Assembly (NCBI GenBank): GCA_963706595.1
Contig: OY970166.1
Location: 4,288,001-4,352,000 of the forward strand
DNA: 64,000 nucleotides
Reading direction: 5' to 3'
From: an uncultured cyanobacterium
GTDB lineage: Bacteria; Cyanobacteriota; Cyanobacteriia; Cyanobacteriales; Nostocaceae
In this document: positions 9,166 to 19,421 of the stretch, one piece after another
Layout of the letters: every line of letters starts with the position of its first letter
How positions within the stretch are numbered: the stretch's first letter is position 1
Notes under the pieces: generated by a model
The model's database searches: none
The model's input: the letters and a program-made list of their open reading frames with translations, nothing else
What the model was told of the DNA's origin: nothing
Program-made: the position numbers and the translations under genes

Positions 9166-9495
9166 ATGGAAACTTCTTTCGCTGACGACAAACTGCAAAA
9201 CCTATGCGAGCAACCAAAACTAGCACAAAGAAAATTAGGTGCAAACTGTGCTAAGAAATTGGCAGCCCGATTGGCTGACCTTGATGCTCTTAATTGTGTC
9301 ACAGAATTATTTGCAGGTCGTCCCCATCCCTTAAAAGGAGATCGGGCAGGTGAGTTTGCAGTAGACCTAGAAGGTGGTAAACGACTTGTGTTTAAACCAG
9401 ATAACAACCCCATCCCTTTAAATGAGGATGGAAGCATTGATTGGTCTAAGGTTACTGCTGTTTGTATTGTTTTCATTGGAGATTACCATGACTAA
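9166..9495 (+). CDS. higB: HigB/RelE-like toxin (killer protein family)
   Basis: HPLKGDRAGEFAVDLEGGKRLVFKP...IGDYHD; overlaps the antitoxin start. Confidence 0.8.
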   Translation: METSFADDKLQNLCEQPKLAQRKLGANCAKKLAARLADLDALNCVTELFAGRPHPLKGDRAGEFAVDLEGGKRLVFKPDNNPIPLNEDGSIDWSKVTAVCIVFIGDYHD

Positions 9496-10594
9496 GACAA
9501 CCCGTCCGTTTACTCCAGATTGGGTTTCTCCCCCTGGTGATACTATCGCTGATGTACTAGAAGAGCGTGATTGGACACAAATAGAATTAGCAGAGCGTTT
9601 AGGTTATAGCACAAAATTTATTAGCCAGTTAATTAACGGTAAAGCACCTATCAATGAAGAAACTGCTCTGAAACTAGAACGAGTTTTAGGGAGTACAGCC
9701 GCATTTTGGCTCAGACGTGAAGCTCAATATCGCGCTGCTTTAGCCAGGAAAGAAGAAGAAAGCTGTTTAAAGGGGTGGATATCTTGGTTAGATAAGTTAC
9801 CAGTCAGAGAATTGATGAACCAAGGTGCAATTCCCAAGTGCAATTTGATTGCTAAAAATAAGCCAGAAGTGGTAAAAAAGTTGTTACATTTTTTTGGTGT
9901 TGCTTCACCAGAAAAGTGGGAGAAATGCTACGGAAATTTGGAAGTTTCTTTTCGTCGCACCCGTGAAGACCAAAGTGATGTTGGTGCTATTTCTGCATGG
10001 TTGCGTTTGGGTGAAATAGAAGCAGAAAAATTAGACTGTCCTAAGTACAGTAAACCAAAATTTGAAAAAGCAGTGCGGGAAATTCGCACTTTGACGGTGT
10101 TACCACCAGAGGAATTTGAACCACGAATGCAACAATTATGCCGAGAATCTGGGGTGGTGTTGGTTTTAGTACCTGCAATTAAAGGAGCGCACGTTAGTGG
10201 TGTAGCGAGGTGGTTAAATCGCCATAAAGCACTAATTCAACTTTCACTTTACGGTAAAACCAATGATCGGTTCTGGTTTAATTTCTTCCATGAAGCAGCA
10301 CATATTCTATTACACAACCAGGAAAATATTTTTCTTGATGAATGGGATAGTGGGAAAAGTTGGGAATCTGAACTAGAACAGGAAGCTGATAAATGGTCGC
10401 GGGAATTTTTGATACCTTCTGAGTATCAAGGAGAATTAGCGCAACTTAAATCTAAAGCTGATGTTGTTGATTTTGCAGCGCGTATCAATATTCATCCTGC
10501 TATTGTTGCAGGGCGACTTCAACATGATAATTTAATTCCTCTCTCTTGGATGAATGGTTTCAAGGAGAGTTTTTGTTTTCAAGGGGTAGAATAA
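9488..10594 (+). CDS. higA: HigA antitoxin (XRE HTH) fused to an ImmA/IrrE-type Zn metallopeptidase
   Basis: SPPGDTIAD...WTQIELAERLG HTH; FWFNFFHEAAH (HEXXH) and ELEQEAD. Confidence 0.85.
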   Translation: MTKTTRPFTPDWVSPPGDTIADVLEERDWTQIELAERLGYSTKFISQLINGKAPINEETALKLERVLGSTAAFWLRREAQYRAALARKEEESCLKGWISWLDKLPVRELMNQGAIPKCNLIAKNKPEVVKKLLHFFGVASPEKWEKCYGNLEVSFRRTREDQSDVGAISAWLRLGEIEAEKLDCPKYSKPKFEKAVREIRTLTVLPPEEFEPRMQQLCRESGVVLVLVPAIKGAHVSGVARWLNRHKALIQLSLYGKTNDRFWFNFFHEAAHILLHNQENIFLDEWDSGKSWESELEQEADKWSREFLIPSEYQGELAQLKSKADVVDFAARINIHPAIVAGRLQHDNLIPLSWMNGFKESFCFQGVE

Positions 10595-10867
10595 GTACAA
10601 GATGATACGTTAAAATCATGGTGGAAATTACTAAATCAGAAATAGAAGGTTTGGAATTTTCAATATTAATGATTTATCGTGTTGCCTAACCATTATCTAG
10701 CTTTGCCTTGCTCTGCGCGCCATAAGGAATCGCTGGGAATATCTTGTGTGTGTTGTGTCGCGTCTCCAGGAGAGGACTGAAGTCCTCACTACAAGCTTTT
10801 TAGTTTGCTGTGTAACGTTAGGTTATTCTATTCTGTCACAATATGAAGAAAGATTAAGATAAGTGGT

Positions 10868-12094
10868 GTGCAGGAAAATATGACAATGTTTAGTCAGATT
10901 AATTGGGTGTTGGTTAATACTGGTTTGCAGTTTGCTGGTTGGGGAGTGTTTTCGCTGCTGCTGGCTGAAGTCTTAAGAGACAGTTATCATGTTTTGTGTC
11001 ACGAGGTCAAATGGCTCGCTAAATGGCACAATAAGCATCATCAGGTATATCGTCGGGATTTATCCATTGTCTCTGTGCAAGCTTACCAAGATTCTCAGCT
11101 TTATCACGATGTTCTGGAGTCGAGTTTACTGGTTGCGGCTTTAACCATCATCGCCTTAGTTGTTCAGCAAATGGGGTTATGGCTGGGGGTACTCTATGGC
11201 TGTACTTTCTTGTATGGTGCTTCTGTGCGCTATTTCTCAGGTAAAATCGATACAGATTACAATCACTTACCCGGTCCTTTACAGATAATTCCCTCTGTTT
11301 GGTGGGTAAATCGCACTTACCATTGGCGACATCATTTTGATGATGTCAATGCTTACTATAGTGGTGTCTTTCCTCTCGTGGATAAAATACTTGGTACGGG
11401 TTTATCCCTCAAAGGTAAAACCGTTGCTATAACTGGCGCGTCAGGTTCTCTCGGTCAAGCATTGGTGGCGGAACTGCTCAAGCATAATGCCAAAGTGGTG
11501 GCTTTAACCACTAACCCCGAAAAATTAACACCGCAGACTAATTTTAAGGTGCTTTCCTGGGAGTTAGGTAATGAGGCGGAACTCAAAGACAGTTTAGAAA
11601 AAATCGATATTTTGATTATCAATCATGGTATCAATGTCTATAATAGCCGGACACCGGAAGCGATCGCATCTTCATATCAGGTGAATACTTTCTCAGCTTT
11701 GCGGTTGATGGATATATTTTTAACAACTGTCACCGGACCACAAGCCAAAGCCACCAAGGAAATCTGGGTGAATACTTCTGAGGCTGAGGTTTCCCCGGCT
11801 TTAAGTCCCCTTTATGAACTGAGTAAACGCACTTTAGGAAATCTTGTCACCCTGAAGCGCTTGGATGGAAATTGTGTAATTCGCAAGTTAATTCTGGGAC
11901 CTTTTAAAAGTCAACTCAACCCTTATGGAGTCATGTCAGCCCAGCAGGTCGCTCGTGGTATTTTGTTTTTAGCACGGCGAGATTACCGCAATATTATTGT
12001 CACCATAAATCCTCTGACTTATGTGTTCTTTCCTATCAAGGAAGCTAGTACATGGCTGTATTACCGGATTTTTAGTAAAACAGCTAAAAATTAG
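10868..12094 (+). CDS. Bifunctional sterol desaturase / short-chain dehydrogenase
   Basis: His boxes HNKHH and HWRHH; ITGASGSLG Rossmann motif; YELSK. Confidence 0.85.
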   Translation: MQENMTMFSQINWVLVNTGLQFAGWGVFSLLLAEVLRDSYHVLCHEVKWLAKWHNKHHQVYRRDLSIVSVQAYQDSQLYHDVLESSLLVAALTIIALVVQQMGLWLGVLYGCTFLYGASVRYFSGKIDTDYNHLPGPLQIIPSVWWVNRTYHWRHHFDDVNAYYSGVFPLVDKILGTGLSLKGKTVAITGASGSLGQALVAELLKHNAKVVALTTNPEKLTPQTNFKVLSWELGNEAELKDSLEKIDILIINHGINVYNSRTPEAIASSYQVNTFSALRLMDIFLTTVTGPQAKATKEIWVNTSEAEVSPALSPLYELSKRTLGNLVTLKRLDGNCVIRKLILGPFKSQLNPYGVMSAQQVARGILFLARRDYRNIIVTINPLTYVFFPIKEASTWLYYRIFSKTAKN

Positions 12095-12392
12095 GCTAAA
12101 AACCTTTCATTTGGTAGGGTGCGTTATAGACTTTAGAACTTACGCACTGAAATTTAGGATGGTGCGTTGCGCTACGCAACAATACACCCTACAAACTACA
12201 AACTACAAACTTATCCAGTCCCCCTCCTCGCTTGCGGGGAGGGGCTAGGGGTGGGGTGTTATGTTCACCAACGCGCAATTTCCATACTTGTGTCTACACA
12301 GTGGTTGCTTGTAGCAGAGGGTTAGGGAAAAATCAATATATTTGATTTGGGAAATTATCTGGTATTCCAGCCATATCTCTGATATATTAAAA

Positions 12393-12410
12393 ATATCGAT
12401 TGTTCGATAT
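12393..12410. promoter_or_regulatory. Palindrome ATATCGA-N4-TCGATAT, candidate TetR autoregulatory operator
   Basis: Perfect 7-bp inverted repeat ending 7 bp before the TetR ATG. Confidence 0.5.
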
Positions 12411-12417
12411 AAAAAAT

Positions 12418-12990
12418 ATGCCCAAAATAGTTGACCATGAGCAATACCGTAAAGAACTTCTGAGCAAGTGCTTTGATTTATTTGCTCAAAAAGGTTACGG
12501 TGCGCTCACCATGAGACAAATCGCTGAAAGTTTAAATGTTTCTACTGGTACACTATATCATTATTTTCCTAGCAAACAGGCTTTGTTTGAGCAATTAGTT
12601 GAGGAAATAAGTCTTCAAGATATCAGTTCAGCATTGGTGGAGATGGAAGGAGTAGAAACACTTTCAGAAACAATGACTGCGATGGGAAAATATTTAGTTA
12701 AAAATCAAGATTACTTTATTAATCAAACTTATATCTTGGTTGATTTTTATCAGCATCACGACAAAGAAACCATAGAGAAAAGTCCGGTATTTCAACGTGT
12801 AAAGCAAAGGTATCAGCAAGCAGTTTGTGATTTTTTAGGAATTGAAGATCCAGTATTAGCTTCTTTTGTTTTGAGCTTTATCGATGGGTTGATTTTAGCA
12901 AAACTCTGGGGTGATCAAACAATTGATTTTGTTGAACAATTTGCCTTGTTAGATAAATTGCTCACCAGCTATTTATCAGAAAAATCATAA
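12418..12990 (+). CDS. TetR/AcrR family regulator
   Basis: FAQKGYGALTMRQIAESLNVSTGTLYHYFPSK. Confidence 0.92.
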   Translation: MPKIVDHEQYRKELLSKCFDLFAQKGYGALTMRQIAESLNVSTGTLYHYFPSKQALFEQLVEEISLQDISSALVEMEGVETLSETMTAMGKYLVKNQDYFINQTYILVDFYQHHDKETIEKSPVFQRVKQRYQQAVCDFLGIEDPVLASFVLSFIDGLILAKLWGDQTIDFVEQFALLDKLLTSYLSEKS

Positions 12991-12993
12991 CAT

Positions 12994-13131
12994 ATAGTAA
13001 TCCGCTTTGATTTTTTAACTTACTTGCGTAGGTGGGGAGTGGGGAGTGGGGAGTGGGGAGTGGGGAGTGGGGAGTGGGAAAAAGCCATTTTGAGTTGTAT
13101 TGATATTCAGAAATCAAATAGGAGTCCTATA
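12994..13131. mobile_element. TA-bounded MITE-like repeat containing (TGGGGAG)6
   Basis: Imperfect inverted ends TATAGTAATCCGCTTTGATT / AATCAAATAGGAGTCCTATA; related ends at 18990-19011, 26513-26677, 33504. Confidence 0.6.
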
Positions 13132-13211
13132 GATAACCCCTAAATTAGAGAAAAATTTTAATTCTTTGTACCTAAATATCTCCAAAAAATAGTGTGTTTA
13201 GTGAGGTAAAA

Positions 13212-14502
13212 ATGACTCAAAATGTGTTGTTTAAAGTTCCCAATCACAGGTTAATTGTATTAGTAGTAGCTGCTACTGTGATTACAGGTGGAATTGCTTT
13301 TTATGGAATTGCTCAGTCTGGTTTAGTTGGTCAAACTGCTTCATCTGAACTTGGAGAAACTCCGCCAGTTACACCAAAAATCTCGGCTTTAGGAAGATTA
13401 GAACCAGAAACAGAGGTAATTAGTCTGTCTGCACCTTTGGATTTGGATGGCGATCGCATTGCTCAGATTTTAGTCCAAGAGGGCGATACAGTCAAATCTG
13501 GTCAGGTGGTGGCAATTTTAGACTCACGCACTCGCCTACAAACTGCTGTACTCCAAGCAGAACAACAGGTGAGAGTGGCTAAAGCTAAATTGGCTCAAGT
13601 TGAAGCTGGAGCAAAAACTGGAGAAATTCAGGCACAGCAAGCAACTATGGAACGCTTACAGGCTCAGTTACAAGGCGATAAAATAGCTCAACAAGAAGCG
13701 ATCGCTCGCATAGAAGCACAGTCTTTAGGTGAAAGATTAGCACAAGAGGCGACAATTAACAAGCTGCAAGCCGAATTAAATAATGCTCAAGCTGAATATG
13801 AACGTTATCAGCAACTATCCTCAGAAGGTGCAATTTCTCATTTCTTTATTTGATAGTAAGCGCTTGAGTTTAGACACTGCAAAACAGCAACTTTCACAAG
13901 CCCAAGCAGTTCTAAATCAAATTAATTCTACTGCTAGTCGAGAATTAGCTCAAGCTCAAGTTACACTGACTCGAATTAACGCCACTGGGAATAAACAAAT
14001 TAGTGAAGCCCAAGCCACACTCAACAGTATTGCTGAAATTCGTCCCGTAGATATCGCAGCAGCTAAGAGTGAAGTTGAGAGTGCGATCGCGACACTCAAA
14101 CAAATGCAAACTAATTTAGATTCTACTTCCATTATAGCACCAATAGCTGGACAAATTCTCAAAATTCACACACGAGTTGGAGAAAAAATTAGTGATGCTG
14201 GAATTGCAGACTTGGCGCAAACTGAACAAATGATTGCAGTTGCAGAAGTATATCAAACTGATATTAGTAAAATTAAGCTGGGACAGTCAGCAGTAATTAC
14301 TAGTCAAGTATTTGCTGGTGAATTGCGCGGCACAGTTTCTCAAATTGGTTTGCAGGTAAATAGACAAAATGTTTATAGCAACCAACCCGGAGAAAACTTA
14401 GATAGTCGCGTGATTGATGTCAAAATTCGTCTGCATCCTGAAGACAGTAAACAAGTCGCCAATTTGACTAATTTGCAAGTACAAACATCAATTGAATTGT
14501 AG
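13212..14502 (+). pseudogene. devB: DevB/HlyD-family membrane fusion protein, split by a +1 frameshift near 13838-13845
   Basis: ALGRLEPE, VQEGDTVKSGQ in frame 1; APIAGQILKIHTRVGE, VAEVYQTDI in frame 2. Confidence 0.8.
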
Positions 14503-14544
14503 AAGGAATAACGAACCACACCAGACGCAGAGGACACAGAGTCA

Positions 14545-14709
14545 AGAGGATGTTTGAAAAGTATTGTTTATTACTCAAAAATTTTAGAAACCTAACCCCC
14601 CTACCCCCCTTCCCTAGAAGGGAATGGGGGTTTCAAAGCCTCTCTCCTTGTAGGAGAGAGGTTTGGAGAGAGGTTTTTAGTATACTTTACGACTTTACAA
14701 ACATCCTCT
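14545..14709. mobile_element. MITE with 18-bp TIRs carrying a REP-like doublet
   Basis: AGAGGATGTTTGAAAAGT vs reverse complement of ACTTTACAAACATCCTCT, 17/18 match. Confidence 0.75.
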
Positions 14710-14804
14710 AAGAGAGTTTGAGAGTTTTTTTGCGTAAGTCCTGTTAAAAATACCAGTATTATTCCACTCCCTACTCCCCACTCCCCACTCCCCACTCCCC
14801 AATT

Positions 14805-15972
14805 ATGTTCTTTAAACCATCACGGAAGACTCCCCTAGCATGGCGACAGTTAATGAAAGAAAAAACTCGTCTGTTAGTCGCAGTTGCAGGAATTACTTTT
14901 GCTGATATGCTAATGTTTATTCAGCTAGGTTTTGAAAGTGCGCTGTTTGATGCTGCTATTCAACCTCACCGCAATTTACAAGCAGATTTGGTGTTAATTA
15001 ATCCCCAATTTCAAACTCTGTTTTCAGTCAAAAGTTTTTCTAGAGAACGACTATATCAAACATTGGGTTATGAGGGTGTAAAATCAGTAAATTCTGTTTA
15101 TATTGGCACTGGACAATGGCGAAATCCTCAAACCCGTCTTGATCGGGCTATCTTGGTTTGGGGTATCGATCCGGCACAACCTGCTTTTAAGTTTCCCGAA
15201 GTTCAAGAAAATCAGAATCATCTCAAACAATTGCATCAAGTGCTGTTTGATCAAGCCGGTCGTCCAGAATATGGCGCTGTTGGTGATATATTCCAGAAAA
15301 CAGGCAATTTTGACACGGAACTGAATAATAAAGCTATTCGTGTCAGGGGTGTATTTAGTAATGGTGCTTCTTTTGCTGCTGATGGAAATGTGATTACCAG
15401 TGATTCTACGTTTTTACAACTGTTTCCCGAACGCCAAAGCAACCTTATAGAAGTGGGTTTAATTACTCTTAATCCTGGTGTAAATGCGGGAAAAGTGCGA
15501 TCGCAATCTAGCCGCAAAGTTACCCAATGATGTCAGCGTTTTAACTCCAGAAGAATTTGCTCAAATAGAAAAGAAATACTGGGCTGAGGGGACTGGGATT
15601 GGTTTTATTTTCGGTTTAGGTGTGGTGGTGGGGTTTATTGTCGGTATCGTGATTGTCTACCAAATTCTTTATTCTGATGTCTCCGAACATCTCCCAGAAT
15701 ACGCTACCCTCAAAGCGATGGGTTATAGCGATCGCTATCTGTTGGGAGTCTTATTACAAGAGGCTTTATTTTTAGCCGTCTTCGGTTATATCCCGGCATT
15801 TTTTCTTTCCTTCGGATTATATCAGCTTGCTTACGCTGCCACAATGCTACCCATAGCCATGAAGCTGGAAAGAGCCACAACTGTGTTTATTTTAACCGTA
15901 ATTATGTGTAGTTTTTCTGGTGCGATCGCCATGAGAAAGTTACGCACAGCCGATCCCGCAGATGTTTTCTAA
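14805..15972 (+). pseudogene. devC: DevC-family ABC permease, split by a +1 frameshift near 15505-15510
   Basis: KTPLAWRQLMKEK, FIQLGF; C-terminal VYQILYSDVSEHLPEYATLKAMGY...LRTADPADVF. Confidence 0.8.
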
Positions 15973-16006
15973 TTCCCAATAGACCAAATTTTGGCAATAA
16001 GAACCC

Positions 16007-16759
16007 ATGATACAAAACAGTATATCAGGAAATGACCCCTTAAATTTATCTACTGTGGAACCTGTGATTTCTGTTCACAAAGTCAATCATTACTTTGGCA
16101 GTGGAAACCTGCGAAAACAAGTCTTATCTGAGATTAATTTGCAGATTAACGCCAGTGAAATTGTGATTATGACTGGTCCCTCCGGTTCAGGTAAAACCAC
16201 TCTGTTAACCCTCATGGGTGGTCTACGTTCCGCCCAGGAAGGTAGTTTGAAAATCTTAGGACAGGAAATTTGTGGAGCCAGCAAAGGACAATTAACGAAG
16301 CTGCGCCGTCAGATTGGTTATATTTTCCAAGCACATAATCTGATGACTTTTTTGACAGCTAAAGATAATGTCAGAATGTCCATAGAATTGCATGACGAGT
16401 TTTTCGCTGAGGATATCAACGCCAAAGCGATCGCCATGTTGGAAACTGTGGGTTTAGCAGACCATGTAAATTACTATCCAGAGAATCTCTCAGGGGGACA
16501 AAAACAAAGAGTTGCGATCGCGCGTGCGTTAGTCAGTCATCCTAAAATTGTTTTAGCAGATGAACCCACAGCCGCATTAGACAAAAAATCTGGGCGCGAT
16601 GTCGTGGAATTAATGCAAAAGTTAGCCAAAGAACAAGGTTGTACAATCTTGCTAGTTACCCATGATAACCGGATTCTTGATATCGCTGATCGAATTATTT
16701 ATATGGAAGATGGTCAGCTAAAGACTAATGCTGTAGATGTAGCCACAACAATGCATTAA
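16007..16759 (+). CDS. devA: DevA-family ABC ATP-binding protein
   Basis: GPSGSGKTT, LSGGQKQR, LADEPT, VTHDNR. Confidence 0.9.
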   Translation: MIQNSISGNDPLNLSTVEPVISVHKVNHYFGSGNLRKQVLSEINLQINASEIVIMTGPSGSGKTTLLTLMGGLRSAQEGSLKILGQEICGASKGQLTKLRRQIGYIFQAHNLMTFLTAKDNVRMSIELHDEFFAEDINAKAIAMLETVGLADHVNYYPENLSGGQKQRVAIARALVSHPKIVLADEPTAALDKKSGRDVVELMQKLAKEQGCTILLVTHDNRILDIADRIIYMEDGQLKTNAVDVATTMH

Positions 16760-17629
16760 ACTTCAGACATTTCTCCCCTCTCCTTAGTAAGGAGAGGGGT
16801 TGGGGGTGAGGTTCCATGATCACCGGATTCTTGATATTGCTGATTGAATTATTTATATGGAAGATGGTCAGCTAAAGACTAACGCTGTAGATGTAGCCAC
16901 AACAATGCATTAAACTTCAGACATTTCTCCCCTCTCCTTAGTAAGGAGAGGGGTTGGGGGTGAGGTTCCATGATCACCGGATTCTTGATATTGCTGATTG
17001 AATTATTTATATGGAAGATGGTCAGCTAAAGACTAACGCTGTAGATGTAGCCACAACAATGCATTAAACTTCAGACATTTCTCCCCTCTCCTTAGTAAGG
17101 AGAGGGGTTGGGGGTGAGGTTCCATGATCACCGAATTCTTGATATTGCTGATTGAATTATTTATATGGAAGATGGTCAGCTAAAGACTAATGGTGTAGAT
17201 GTAGCCACAACAATGCATTAAACTTCAGACATTTCTCCCCTCTCCTTAGTAAGGAGAGGGGTTGGGGGTGAGGTTCCATGATCACCGGATTCTTGATATT
17301 GCTGATTGAATTATTTATATGGAAGATGGTCAGCTAAAGACTAACGCTGTAGATGTAGCCACAACAATGCATTAAACTTCAGACATTTCTCCCCTCTCCT
17401 TAGTAAGGAGAGGGGTTGGGGGTGAGGTTCCATGATCACCGGATTCTTGATATTGCTGATCGAATTATTTATATGGAAGATGGTCAGCTAAAGACTAACG
17501 CTGTAGATGTAGCCACAACAATGCATTAAAGTTAAGACATTTCCCCCCTCTGGTTACTAAGAACAGGGGTTGGGGGTTAAGACATTTCTCCCCTCTCCTT
17601 ACTAAGGAGAGGGGTTGGGGGTGAGGTTC
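16660..17629 (+). repeat. Tandem array: six copies at 154-bp period of the devA 3' end, each followed by a REP-like palindrome
   Basis: Unit starts at 16660, 16814, 16968, 17122, 17276, 17430. Confidence 0.95.
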
Positions 17630-17652
17630 TTTAATTTTAGAGGATATAATCT

Positions 17653-17859
17653 ATGAAAATTTGGGTAAATGAGCAAATTGATCCTTCTGGGATGATTTAT
17701 GCCTGTATTGCTTGTTGTGATGAATCGCAAGCCCAAGATTGTCATGAGTCCTTTCAAGAAAACTTGACCGCTAGGCAAAAGTCAACCGGTTGGATAGCAC
17801 AATTGCGGATAGTTAGTTCTTGGGATGAAGTCCCAGTTAATGCACTCAAACTGGATTAA
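17653..17859 (+). CDS. Conserved small cyanobacterial protein
   Basis: GAGGA RBS; MKIWVNEQIDPSGMIYACIACCDE...WDEVPVNALKL. Confidence 0.75.
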   Translation: MKIWVNEQIDPSGMIYACIACCDESQAQDCHESFQENLTARQKSTGWIAQLRIVSSWDEVPVNALKLD

Positions 17860-18171
17860 TTGTTTCCCGATTCAGTTTATCAAGATATTTTTTCATTTAT
17901 ATAGGTCATCCCATTCAGGTTTTGACCTGTATTTTCTTGAGCAAGAGTTTAAATTTTTAGCTGTTGATTCAGCCAACCCAAGTAGTTATAGTAGCCAGAT
18001 ACCTAAGTATAACTGAAGAAACCATAAAAATTACCGCAAAAAAATTACGATTTTTACACAAGAACTTTGAAGAAACCTCACATTTTCGGAAAAATTGATC
18101 ATATTTAGGAACTTTTAAGGGTTATTATCATACCAAGAGTTCAACGTAAAACTTGCAAAAGCCGAATTAAT

Positions 18172-18720
18172 ATGGTGAACTATTCCCCAGTTTACACTTC
18201 GGAGCAAGGCTGTCCTATTAATTTGGTTGGCGAAACAGGACAAGCGGTGCAAATTTCCATTCATTCCCCCAGTCAGTATATCTGTGCCAACTGCGAACGG
18301 ATATTACCAGATTGGAAAAATCAACCTTGTTTCTGGGTTGTAATTGTTTTACAGCAGTCACGTTATCCACTCGTAAAAAGTACGCCAGAAATCGAAATGG
18401 AGAAACAACGCCTGCGGGAAAAGTTTATGCGGTTTGGCTTTGACTTAGCATTTCAATTGCGGGATATCGGCTATCTAACCGACTTGATTGATCCTCGCAC
18501 GGGCTATCCCTTACTTTCCCATCCGGGAGAAATTCCTCACAATGACATCGCAGTTGTGAAAGCCTTGCTCAACTATCGAGTTATTAAAAATAAATGTCGG
18601 GTGCTGATTCATCCTCTCTGGGGAGCAGCAGTTTATCCCAGCGTTTTAATATCAGCAGCACCGCCAACAACAATTGAAAGTTTCACCAAAAACATTGCAC
18701 CCTTACACGGATGGAATTAA
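18172..18720 (+). CDS. MMADHC (cblD)-like protein
   Basis: EKQRLREKF, TDLIDPRTGYP, HPLWGAAVYPS. Confidence 0.75.
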   Translation: MVNYSPVYTSEQGCPINLVGETGQAVQISIHSPSQYICANCERILPDWKNQPCFWVVIVLQQSRYPLVKSTPEIEMEKQRLREKFMRFGFDLAFQLRDIGYLTDLIDPRTGYPLLSHPGEIPHNDIAVVKALLNYRVIKNKCRVLIHPLWGAAVYPSVLISAAPPTTIESFTKNIAPLHGWN

Positions 18721-18898
18721 CTAGGTAGGTACAAATAAACCTAACTATGTAACGAAAAGTAAAAGCGCTGAAAACCTTGTATTCGCTTTACTCCACTTCG
18801 TTACGTCTGGCTAACGCCACGCTTTGCAGTAAGCGCAGCTATGCCCGCCAGGACTTTACGCAATGACATAGTTGTAAACTTTTTCACCCACCTACTTA
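18721..18898. mobile_element. MITE-like repeat with imperfect TIRs
   Basis: TAGGTAGGT...AACTATGT / ACATAGTT...ACCCACCTACTTA. Confidence 0.6.
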
Positions 18899-19421
18899 AC
18901 AGTCAGAGGAGAGTACAGCACCAAGACCACAGAAGACGGTGCGTTAGGCTAAAGCCATAACACACCCTACATATACTGAGATTTTTTCAATAATCAAATC
19001 GGATTCCTATATAAAGGCTGATTAGAAAGCAAAGCTAGTATTTTGCAGTGAATCGAAGAGATGTCATCAATAAAAAGGCAAGTTTAGTTAAAATTTTCTG
19101 ATTTTTTATATTTTTCCTTATATATACAACATTCAAATAATCACTTAATAAAAATTTATTTAATCCCACACCAAACATATAACCACAGCATTATGATCGG
19201 AAAAGAAACAACCATATAATTACCGAATTATCTCAAAAAAAATAATTTAAATAGTAAATACCTGGAAATTTAGCCTGTAACTCCGTAGATATTTCCGATA
19301 AAGACTTTAGCAACGTTTTATGGAACCTCTCTACAAGGGTTTGAGAAAAAGCATATTTAAATTCGGTCGATTTCTAGTGAATAAGTAGATTTTTTTCTAT
19401 TTTTTAGAAAATGTAGCAAGT

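Noticed and set aside
10750..10796. Right att of the relic/higBA island (GTGTCGC)
   Set aside because: Only ~7 bp match the tRNA 3' end, which is not significant; the island's right boundary is undefined.
14601..14795. Short ORFs over repeats (also 12021-12248, 39130-39501, 51572-51790, 59766-59996)
   Set aside because: They coincide with STRR/MITE/REP sequence and are spurious translations.
13783..15530. Programmed frameshifting in devB/devC
   Set aside because: No canonical slippery heptamer or stimulatory structure at either site; single-base insertion is simpler.
16660..17629. CRISPR array (palindromic repeat at regular spacing)
   Set aside because: The 'spacers' are near-identical ~100-bp copies of the devA end, the period is 154 bp, and there are no cas genes in the window.
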